Shown here piece after piece: positions 18,001-21,239 of a stretch of DNA of 64,000 nucleotides (position 1 is its first letter; every line of letters begins with the position of its first letter). The notes under the pieces were generated by a model. The model searched no databases, was not told where the DNA came from, and worked only from the letters and a program-made list of their open reading frames with translations. A program made the translations under genes and the position numbers. Source of the DNA: an uncultured bacterium (GTDB taxonomy: Bacteria > Oederibacteriota > JAAXVQ01 > JAUVAV01); NCBI GenBank assembly GCA_963710755.1, contig CAVQBK010000001.1, positions 1 to 64,000 of the forward strand, read 5' to 3'.

Positions 18001-20494
18001 AGGCGTGCTGGTGATGACCATGATGACGCATATGGTGGAAAAAGCGGCCAATGAAGGACACCTGGGCGCACAGATGCTGGCGGAAGTCAACCCCGCGGGC
18101 ATATTCAGCCTGATGGTGGATGTCATGCTGGAAAGCAAGATGAGCGCTGGTGGCAAAACCGGAGCGTTTTTTGCGGGCCTGATATTGTATGCCGCCTATA
18201 GTCTGACTGCCGCCAAAGTTCCGCTGGCGCTTGCGCTCATGCCTCTGATCCCCCTGGCGGAAAAAGGGCTGGTAGCATTGGGGGTGAGCCCGAAAGTCAG
18301 CAAATGGATCGCCAAAGGGCTATTCTACCTGGCATTCTCCGGAACCCTGTTAAAAGGCGGCGTGAGGAGTCTGTTCAGCGCCAAAACATTGCTGCCCGCG
18401 CTGGGCAGCATGGGGCGCAATACCATCCTCATGGGCGGATTGGGCGAAGGCCTGACCTTGGGCGGAAAACAACTAGGGGCGGCCTTGGGGCTCAAAGGCA
18501 AACAGCTGGACGCCTTTGCAGGCAGCTTTGGCTTATTGGGTACTACCCTGGGCATGGGGCTGCTTGCGGAAAGGCCAGTGGGAACCCGGGCCAAAGCGCT
18601 CGATTTTCAGCAAGCCAAAGTAAGGGCTGAAGCCGCGCCCAAAGAGCGCTTGCTGGAAATGCAAAATACGGAGCAAGCGACCAACACCACTAAAGCCGGC
18701 ATCAAAGCGCTTGACCATCTTGCGGAAAAAGGTATAAAGGATGCAAAGCAAACCCTGACCAAGCTGGAGAACGTAAAAAAGCAACTCGATCCCATGGCCG
18801 GCGAAAATCCGAAAGCCGCTAAACTGCAAGCTCAAGCGGAAAAAATCAGTGGCAGTATCAAGCAAAAACAGGGCGAGCTGGCCCGGCAGGAAGGCAAGCT
18901 CAATGATTTGCGGCAGCAATCCAAAGCGCTGCAGAGCGAGACCAACCAGCGCTGGCAGGAAGGTAAAATCAGTGAAGCAGAACTAATAAGCGTAAAGCAA
19001 AAACAAGCCGGACTGGAGAAAGCAAAGCTCCAAACCGAAAGGCAAGTGGAGCAAGCCCGGCAACAACTCAGCAAGATGGAGGCAAAAGCCGATGTTTTGG
19101 AACAAAAAACTGCCAAACTCAGTGAGCGACCCGGATCTGGACGAACTGGGAACCTTCAAGTTTCCCGAAAGCTGGACCAAGCAGGACGTTATAAACTACT
19201 ACTCGAAGAAGCTGCTCAAAATTTGGGAGAAGCAAAGGAAACTCGTAGAGAGGCAGGCGGAATTAGAAACAGAGTTACAAAACTTACAGAAGGACTCGGA
19301 AAGCAAGTTACAAAACTTACAGAAGGACTCGGAAAGCAAGTTACAAAACTTACAGAAGGACTCGGAAAGCAAGTTACAAATATTGCAGAACGATTGTTCA
19401 AATCTAGAACAAAAGTACTCGGTTCTAGTGAAGAAGTACGAGAGACTAGTCGCCGAGCTGAAATCACTAAACAAGAACTAGCGCCCATCAAAGCGCAAGA
19501 AGCTGCGATTAATAAGCAACTGGCCAAGTGGGAAACATTGGACGCGATTTCAAAAACTGAGATCGCGGACGTAAAATATGGGAAGGAAGGAGCCGAGGGA
19601 AAAGACGGGGGTAGAAACCCAATCGCCAATTTCCTGGCACCAATTGGCGAACATGTGCGCCAGTTATTACCACAAGCCGCGCCATATGGAGCCCTGGCCG
19701 GAGCAGTCCTGCTGCTTTCGCTGCCCGCCAAAGGCGGAGCCGCAACTATTTCCGCCGGTTCCACTAATCCCACGAATTTTAAAATATCTGTTCAACCGGC
19801 AATGGGAGTCGAGCAAAAACAATCGCTCGTAAATCCATCAGAAGAGCAGCATAATCTTGGTGATAAAATTAGCTCTGAAAAAGAAATAGCTGCCGAGAAG
19901 TCCTTGATCCAAAAAAAATATAACATCGCAATTATTGATGGGACAAACAAATGGACCGGGCATGAGGTGCAGCTGTTCAAAGAAACCATCAGCATTTTGC
20001 CCGAGGCCTATAGGAGCAAAGATACCCTGGGCTTTGCAAAGCGTGATTCGGTTTATATTGCTGAAGATAAATCTCAAATACCGCAAGTGTCGGGATACTA
20101 CTCGTTGAATGAAAAACAATTGCATATATTTGACTCTGCCTTAAGACCCTATGATTTTAAAACAGCGGACCAACAACTAAAAGGCACAATTGTGCATGAA
20201 CTGACCCACTCGATACAGTATCAGGACAGCAAGACCAAAGAGGTTTATGAAAATGCCTGGAATAATCCCCTGGTGCGGGATTACGCAAAAATTACCGGAT
20301 GGAATAGCGCAGCCAAATTCGACTATGGCGGAGATGTGAAAAAACTTCCCAGCGCCTATGCCGGTACCAGCGTAAAAGAAGACATAGCCGAAAGCGCGAT
20401 GTTTTATGTAATTGAACCTGCGCGGTTGAAAAAAGCAAGCCAGGAACGATATGACTTTTTAAAACGCCGGATCTTTAATGGGAAAGAATATTAA
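2..20494 (+). CDS. Giant YD/Rhs-like repeat protein with hydrophobic modules and a C-terminal Zn metallopeptidase (polymorphic-toxin-like); 5'-partial
   Basis: The frame of ORF 80..20494 has no stop back to base 2, so the true start is upstream of the window. Dozens of Y(N/D)xxG(Q/R) repeats; Gly/Ala/Leu-rich hydrophobic block at ~11900-12720; HELTH at 20195-20209 followed by YAGTSVKEDIAES. Confidence 0.85.
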   Translation, partial: TDQRGYTWQDFGEASLLFQQLDQHQALLNEQQAVVLDYTGYKQVAQDNWDELCKQMGAEIFSDAGHYLHMTADQVITDITSRLKGQTELSGEKEYDKDLALDQLNLAYDTLVKARNGLSDAIDDLIGAENDWRQAVKNFDGYLTSIQGDYGQGSNFLKTYTETLDGFLTSAGLSENTDGALKDAIGNFVTAMTTDWNVPGWPKDSLERNGQSAEALKDSIIGQTTTTATATAIKNQAQAIIDALGQVDGDIANLNTAINGRLGTLTTLIGNENSGAIKAVSDAESNFNNAKGDLDGPSVTIAKDYATQLQDARNALVTYTTLCSNIQTETDKLDNMGMIWTQYSHSTTLLGSTVNWYYAWGLGYTPSGQDTADLKLGTYTLEKAQVPASWDSPVDNRTLCENTLASYNEYKKLYPSYSESESKYQTALENYNTQFKKVYGTTRNNLYDGGFQQTWQEAKDNLTTLQDQQTAAEKAQQLLSSSDKLDSSIDEFNGLAQGLGSVVTKINNGLNQCLNGTDLDASTSLNQTARNLTDLQGNYPGIKEQYTTAYDNIYNAGTGKQVLYDQAASEWTAADATRAQYQTSLESLVHEQDNLNLATANLDTETTLADQINAGLNGPDGIYQQTLNRLADQTFTIDGTTFTLSNDQAVQLLAKGSVVLANQQTITRDEISQKAQVKININETKTSARIDLSYDTMGRLTGYKEITFTGQTIQYKTDPTQPWQQKQWLQLDEQIRRAILNADQTVQVGLPGSGSLQIQQALETKYNNQGQITSQTIQTSETTYSDDPDEDPYTHEYTVTTSQMTYDDKNQLSSYCRETDDPQENRVLLEEVVDEPLAYDDQGRMTSSRIKSTETINGVVTERVVTTRDMAYNSLDQLITYNRQTIEGGKVTYEKILSPMRYNQQNQMVFNHSAVIETEQKNGVPEISFDAIRDLPTTEDALKSLEDKAKVTETMMLDAAYNPRNQMTSMLRLTRESGKIILENMHDMAYDTSGRLTKSISDITEAGIVAADAGQKLDYKTMTVTTENLAWDNKKQVTEQKRTTVEGDKTTEEHLTNMTYFPDTGLLKSSFNTIAEHYRVSATETYDHTYTVQTDIQSYNSSKQISRQTQITTDGEKVTTATNAADIVPALPEYTYENGNVTSKTVLITETSLPYVDDNGNQVPAGAYTNSWTIADHDMTYDPFGRLESTIRDTIRQDDENIYYTREKNTYSYDAEGRAAETISSKKEYQAGINAGPGAITDAEKAAEYKTTVTWVPSSGYNTRGQMEHYTTISYNGETLTYDHQEYAWSALIADQKRAILNAEDQENKLGEVVSVTSMSDITYGGAVTQDLATVIQKAFINVTLDDLGHNDQEPAVRAGKIELFDSTFGTGQLVCNGTAITGLTDDQKIKFINQAVSHPASDTVMLTQGAQTYSLQDLSYSIHADKMDSWTATTTIEGPVAQDLSTIIQKAFSNVTLDDLGHNDQEPGVRAGKTELFDSTFGKGQLLHDGTVITGLTDDQKINFINQAVSHPAADTVMLTQGAQDYCLKDLSFSIRLNDISTTIRLSSAYNQIQQVEGYKEITMQGRGLILNGTFTKWSDLTDQRKQDIIAEWQSLQTKGVLSVSANRAALEDIGLLPNNFVTYTNMQNMTYTSDGQAKTWQSTTQELQVKSSDIYSARQPADPPVTTVALAVNRVTSSDRLDTVYNGNNKPVAVRETTTSAGGITTEGWTFYGYDDQSRATDVMHLTRTLSNDPTVAGSSWTVEQTHVVEFDTVRPEKNLYKKVKTLTLYDVTLTDAMLANVEGNKALTEIINKEDSIADCESKAYIEDSEHRSEIETQEFNYDYNDADAPKTTELIKITQDSDHNYNVERTDFFYLSGNGDPKPTNARVTKINNATNISTANNFFSYDFQNSSDQQITIEDTAYSYDAQGMLAGSRTLRTSPGGAVTAEASAFTYEGGQLTRVEKDIYQNLANENTSKPFTLAGAGQNLPNDFKLLQGNCPKSHEITTYDSYDAENRVLQSTATRTAVSGETSTDVTKYDYNGETGKISRIELTTREGDWWTTSIKDNIGYYTSGVNAGQMKSYRETITDSTATAKTTVNTVSDLRYDAYGRLIHQQTDAVETNPEGTHEYCVVLDVNGGNGFDQLNRMVNYTRTTTEKTGGKVVVEDIRQAYGTTDERLKSQDKDITETCTLSGEDLDHSYSTSSTYHYAQNPQVNEQNPHPWQMTGETVITTDGQRKTTEEITYSWNAQKQIAAKSSTVTLESGKATPGVWNVSSDHYTYAPASGLATAYRTTTTKAGKITTQDFTGIKYNQLGQVSEQDISYEERIVGKTAAEYLREWREEIRGQEYNAAGQLISQSITREERDLRTIENSSNYTYDAKGALTGKKTAVEEMDIAAPGSGQEDGDNHHLWYEDTISNQTCNGYGQVTGYTKTTRQQDAARHTVKTTVETITDVAYNNLEQITSQKDAYLETATNLHHSWTLETGFTYDDNHQVSTTTHTRIEGDKQTTETTSDMHYDCYGRVIQSTTIVNEKDKNDAQPLNYTYTVALTGQQYDGLNRVIGYTRTTTKEFEDSKVQTVIQTLTGCGYDSQDNMYYSHMVINDGISVVDTDTWNTFNALGQVESYRKAEWNETTKLLKAESGTGLTYDNQGRNNASVISTVETDLTQSSVPTIRVADFSTINGNNFEKRFTTTTVSTSYNTLGQVSGFDRTTEESGKITRELAVASYHYDRYGRLADSSITITEKDKGQTVNGTILNHTTTVAMSAITYNGNQQMTAYTRTTTDGQSVLIEKAVEVAYDDKGYVSGLTMNVTETDTKPDNDPNKLKHNYRYTLSNTLNSYGWVIGYTKTTNDQGRKTIEAVDGINDPQTYDKYGRLQTYTKTTTERGFDPDTLQTFAKGTVVTETVINGPIHYDGLGRITNIQVSRETTDEETGGNKLHLYETVTTENKAGKDKNNHDIAAYNLLGQLAYSERTTKSYSYNGAVLVEGETKTEKTSYTYDANGRIKSQYSRITENGTTTDRGSKEVAYKDNANQDVSYDVNYGSLDVSYTVETKDITYGHDDNRMATFTRITDKDGRRTTEAVNQTWSSGQVAGQTTVYTDTTTGNDTSTLSKTWTVSRSRISYNNLDQVLGETRLTTIAEADTSKNTETQETVSSNTYDQAGRLLTSSSYFVERGGYTEVGSLFHTWNQAITNSDYNNLGQAGSKIIVTSGDNGAPDKVSTLDQHDILYNTKGQVLAYTQINREKNAAGTALALDTTNEIIRDWTVYNSLGQVTQYKESQRKVTLTDEELGILKNLGLTEADLESYVDQAGNAIVNLKLSDLYADGKLENIDPGQNIYNLLEKIIKNAITTAVPDALGAGSKAKVIDMAVKSFMSRFDTNDITVKFDAVKDEQNKPIELPLTSLTGRDLLFYLIGASWDAYTLGPDSENGEQTVSSMSLDTLCGDARIDANDGLGDKTLRTVIQDMLKASFLDLGANESDAVALAAQAVVAMEWKTENGDSLMGMTVQEINNLLDDETGTPQIEDQDGKSVANYNILLLINNKIFSQADKALLDDIYHNAVKNMNALKTSSGQPMGDQSFGALISQLTGAGNDLVSHINNVINADFVNFKANSTINIVVENQTYDNQDRLVMQRENAVWHSIGGGNIPGLDSGWKNGDAAVTTTYAYYGNSNQRQAQQVQVTGSGLNENADINTAYYYTEVAADRQNPNAASWTLIPEHLEAPREHLPENITDGSIVFSKDEYVVVNGNGDIEIKPIYFMAKQRGIDSLYIENNISYNSFNQQVHSWSTTEQVAQRTEYFYKTAGENKTPDTIVVTARVGTITENRTTDFNRLGQALTTVSDSYSTDINRTNVYTITTNMTYSADGSRTGAQVTTSNLYHPIQENLNEEYHNLKNIMLQAVSNGGKQTLRLGDKAQYSANRSISGNFSQVYNNLAAENDEFKYTNGSTIWNSYKYDIFGNIDNLATQRSSHGTSWQGEFEGAGLSPIGKLLNDIITVVRIVLNVLSNYIPVLKPFALAANRLLAVAQGYINGLDWGANLRYAMISSVAEDLMNGIDGGLATTALSDIAKTALHILASGAVAYLSALARGITDEGQLTSAFLGGLASGVMGTKADAGNITAQIIKVMVVVGLNTAAAAAEGLNGDQLLLVSGLSLAATTAGALGGNGSTQKMAGFNEIITAISVAFGSAILGLAVAEIVGKDNDSFQSQAITAAVVQLAVSAVSSVMSMTIPGAGIVSNIASSTFGQMLKQGMMETIRDNHEIKTYTIISGQTAKSSDEQMKDLSEKNRMEVVFEQTIMNDALDLGGALGNIGGIMLSNSLTTGKELFNNLTVYNDQFSYKETDSQALRQSVEKAVMEDVGDLSQQLTMSDENQDSSYMMIGAKDDSLAAMAGMSKEAIAEKVGIKLEIDLGNLKAMADRMGDFLSKQGIDYDAVMKGEVNGKETALFFKGDKLVAAGMKNATGQEELRTFNFKLGADGKIAVASGKIFRMIGNQYKEVGAFVLAKRGSEEFKDAMAGTKDRINNAEVAAKLDQADSVYTETDKSGNTRQVYMDAQGKALVSESLMSDGSMKMLVYDYDNLAKGVLAQGSIFVGENGKYSSQASGTFQIKQQTGVAGLNNAGQAIIEALGTGQMSRTVYTETMNNGATRQISTNAKGQIEYVYNKAVDGKERVVVFGTTNAINVETRDSLVSTNIVNFNDLSTDDQNQIMAALPVMNNQDPSAVTSKLVNLQDAMNMAALAKQAQSMGFQLDVKDATIFVTIPALTSSPSKGEDGGEGSINVQILNVFEDKDGALIMQGRVVEQDENGMQAVGDEIIIAPANSAFAKDALGTNGDQISDNAATILLRTTTSPSPSQGEGRGEGEITTAQALDANRQPLGEPVTISKETMDKAFANLKDQGDHSVGANNHSPVINAVKSTIKKSTQAAVGVKGTALNLIDQSINNLAMFIAQSESDANDWKNADLSGLAKVLNEAETKVGGLGMTPQAELLKVLANKIGVDLGAGDWSQKLLAKLSNNLGSEYKNLEAKASMTSQEIIGMAKALLGQLVSLREQVKQGAVKGMDQVKTLLGGIEKQITDIKKTWEVKASVQKLDSLMPLVGNSGKAILGMLKISRLLNQTAHDGDGLGSKILAHINPGNILDISFSVLESSKVDFGTKVLAATALGAGISLQLMVVSSVPLAAVWASEPVIKKGADFALDKMGVEGPAKVFWSKVICNAAYFFGLGGATTSLKKGFINWMKNGLAKGAVMGVVAKLALEPLAELVGMLGKNDAQKEALKLTTFGLCTAGLAGAMKGKLGEKLEKLGEEKEQLSETAGVKSIKTKAEVNLLQAKSKAIIQEAEYKNAAKEIKTARKAIERTASREEMSAKTKQTVDALKTKEASLEGKAKDLNRQAKVLEQRVAETKQLENKTEIRHAEKQINTLKKEINAGEKVLKQDLKSVKSLTKEANRVLAKESTAINQRRGSTGQLDQGTNTELLLKEAEANLGAAKEVSRGNNLAAERVEGFRNQIAEGGARIARAVAEGGARIARAVAEGGARIARAVAEIGKGIKNTAGRLFQTTERVGKTGSQLRETSERAQAAKKDLGQARLEQLTNQLETQMIKGAESLGDIDIPKLGYEKEKQNFILKGLGTLIKGDNPTGQLLRYGAIGGAVLLLTLPANAGAATTNPGGVVNASSLTTAGLQETQAKISGNTANQNSNPIQAGVKAVVDKQPALNLLKAVDNKIETLKPQLQAGWQTYTTNLSEMKHAYDQAKGWTKVEITTAQALDANRQPVGQSVTITKAAMNKAFANLKNQSRDTAGNGRDRSLPTTVKSMLTHAVEKTKAVAKDSIDKATSVRGTTVAEAKTALLDSLAELRTAASGVLDQANAIKAEGDKEAGDLAAQVRTGVDKSVQGLPGGALLEATAKVTPVKQLLEKGLEKLGKKFGIDLKAELKNASPEVIIAKLESIIAKVDQITVAIKAQVSLGVAAVRAYAVQIIGLRNDLVAAVRQWDKVDMKLVVLGKAAGQVGEAGKGVLVMTMMTHMVEKAANEGHLGAQMLAEVNPAGIFSLMVDVMLESKMSAGGKTGAFFAGLILYAAYSLTAAKVPLALALMPLIPLAEKGLVALGVSPKVSKWIAKGLFYLAFSGTLLKGGVRSLFSAKTLLPALGSMGRNTILMGGLGEGLTLGGKQLGAALGLKGKQLDAFAGSFGLLGTTLGMGLLAERPVGTRAKALDFQQAKVRAEAAPKERLLEMQNTEQATNTTKAGIKALDHLAEKGIKDAKQTLTKLENVKKQLDPMAGENPKAAKLQAQAEKISGSIKQKQGELARQEGKLNDLRQQSKALQSETNQRWQEGKISEAELISVKQKQAGLEKAKLQTERQVEQARQQLSKMEAKADVLEQKTAKLSERPGSGRTGNLQVSRKLDQAGRYKLLLEEAAQNLGEAKETRREAGGIRNRVTKLTEGLGKQVTKLTEGLGKQVTKLTEGLGKQVTNIAERLFKSRTKVLGSSEEVRETSRRAEITKQELAPIKAQEAAINKQLAKWETLDAISKTEIADVKYGKEGAEGKDGGRNPIANFLAPIGEHVRQLLPQAAPYGALAGAVLLLSLPAKGGAATISAGSTNPTNFKISVQPAMGVEQKQSLVNPSEEQHNLGDKISSEKEIAAEKSLIQKKYNIAIIDGTNKWTGHEVQLFKETISILPEAYRSKDTLGFAKRDSVYIAEDKSQIPQVSGYYSLNEKQLHIFDSALRPYDFKTADQQLKGTIVHELTHSIQYQDSKTKEVYENAWNNPLVRDYAKITGWNSAAKFDYGGDVKKLPSAYAGTSVKEDIAESAMFYVIEPARLKKASQERYDFLKRRIFNGKEY
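3982..4610 (+). repeat. Tandem duplication of a ~97-aa insert domain (period 339 bp) in the YD-repeat region
   Basis: QDLxTxIQKAFxNVTLDDLGHNDQEP...LTQGAQxYxLxDLSxSI occurs twice with high DNA identity. Confidence 0.9.
14006..14034. repeat. REP-like palindrome (GTAGAGACAAGG type), in frame within the giant gene
   Basis: GTAGAGACAAGGGA-T-TCCCTTGTCTCTAC with perfect 14-bp arms; near-identical to the copies at 23396 and 24784. Confidence 0.85.
14255..14289. repeat. REP-like palindrome (CCTCTCCC/GGGAGAGG...GGTGAGGG type), in frame
   Basis: TCCTCTCCCT-CCA-AGGGAGAGGA-TGGAGGTGAGGG; encodes SSPSKGEDGGEG. Confidence 0.75.
14510..14544. repeat. REP-like palindrome (CCCTCTCCC/GGGAGAGGG...GGTGAGGG type), in frame
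   Basis: CCCTCTCCCT-CCC-AGGGAGAGGG-CAGGGGTGAGGG; encodes PSPSQGEGRGEG. Confidence 0.8.
14666..14692. repeat. REP-like palindrome (GTAGGGGCGAAT type), in frame
   Basis: GTAG-GGGCGAAT-AATC-ATTCGCCC-GTA; encodes VGANNHSPV. Confidence 0.8.
16305..16712 (+). CDS. Nested +1-frame coiled-coil protein (135 aa) inside the giant gene, copy A
   Basis: AAGGAGG at 16292-16298 sits 6 nt before GTG; paralog of 19092..19481 (MFWxKK...WTK...YYSKKL..IWE.Q...YERLV.ELK.L.K.*). Confidence 0.7.
   Translation: MFWQKKVPPLINDEEVPDNWTKEQIRSYYSKKLKQIWERQKRSVEEIISLQNELKDLETKLQKVERESQEQLQKVERESQEQLQKVERESQEQLQKLEKESKILQEDYSKQQKESAKLVANYERLVSELKRLKKT
16485..16591 (+). repeat. Perfect 33-bp tandem repeat x3.2
   Basis: Unit TTGCAGAAGGTGGAGCGAGAATCGCAAGAGCAG. 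Confidence 0.95.
17357..17384. repeat. REP-like palindrome (GTAGGGAACGGTCGCGACC type on the - strand), in frame
   Basis: GCAGGGAATGGTCGCGACCGTTCCCTAC, a near-perfect palindrome; encodes AGNGRDRSL. Confidence 0.8.
19092..19481 (+). CDS. Nested +1-frame coiled-coil protein (129 aa) inside the giant gene, copy B
   Basis: GGAGG at 19078-19082 sits 9 nt before ATG; paralog of 16305..16712 with an equivalent TAG stop. Confidence 0.7.
   Translation: MFWNKKLPNSVSDPDLDELGTFKFPESWTKQDVINYYSKKLLKIWEKQRKLVERQAELETELQNLQKDSESKLQNLQKDSESKLQNLQKDSESKLQILQNDCSNLEQKYSVLVKKYERLVAELKSLNKN
19273..19380 (+). repeat. Perfect 33-bp tandem repeat x3.3
   Basis: Unit AGTTACAAAACTTACAGAAGGACTCGGAAAGCA. Confidence 0.95.
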
Positions 20495-20509
20495 AAGGAG
20501 GATGTGGTA

Positions 20510-20911
20510 ATGTTAACCAAATCAAAATGGATGCTCTTGTTGCTGTTGTGTTCCTATCCTTTGCTTGGAGGTTGTGGTATGGATAACTCAACGAATAAAT
20601 CATCGTCGTCAAATCTGCCTGGCAAAACAGCGCCGATTGTAAACAAAAACATCGTGCCCGGGCAAATCGGCGTGGGGTTTGCCAAAGGAGTAACGGAAAA
20701 GCAAGCATGCGAAATATTAGATAAATACAAATTGACCTATGAGAAAAACAACAAAATAAATGCTGGGAAAAGGTTTTTTTATGAGACTGAATTGAAATAT
20801 ATCGTCAAAGTGCCAGTCGGCGAAGAAGGGAAATGGCTTGGCGTTTTTCAGAAGGATAAAGAGATTAAAATGGCCGTTTTCAACTTTAATGACAATATTG
20901 ATGTGGATTAA
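20510..20911 (+). CDS. Small lipoprotein, candidate immunity protein/protease inhibitor
   Basis: AAGGAGG at 20495-20501 directly follows the giant gene stop; lipobox LGG-C; VPGQIGVGF...EILDKY resembles subtilase propeptide starts. Confidence 0.75.
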   Translation: MLTKSKWMLLLLLCSYPLLGGCGMDNSTNKSSSSNLPGKTAPIVNKNIVPGQIGVGFAKGVTEKQACEILDKYKLTYEKNNKINAGKRFFYETELKYIVKVPVGEEGKWLGVFQKDKEIKMAVFNFNDNIDVD

Positions 20912-21239
20912 GTGAAATAAGAGGCGGATATTTGCGCCAGGAAAACTCTGGACGAAGAGAATGATGTAATTGGTCTGATCTGATACTCGGATATTGAATC
21001 ATTGATGCTGATAAACCCGGGACAACCCGCCCCGGCTTTATTAGTACTGCCTTGAGCGGACTTGATAATCTCAATCGTCCCTGGCAAACAGGTCTGGCCG
21101 GAGCCACCGGGGTGGGGCTGGTGCTGGGTATGGGCAACGGTGTTCAGGATATACTACACAAAAGGAACCAGAATCAATGAACCATATAAGGATATCTTTA
21201 TTTGTTTGTAAAAATTATTGAAAAGGGGATATTAGGGAA

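Larger units (their letters stand above)
17237..19750 (+). repeat. Internal module B of the giant gene (paralogous to 14546-16960)
   Basis: Starts EITTAQALDANRQP and ends YGALAGAVLLLSLPAKGGAAT. Confidence 0.85.

Noticed and set aside
16485-19380. 33-bp repeats as a CRISPR array
   Set aside because: Head-to-tail units without spacers; no cas genes.
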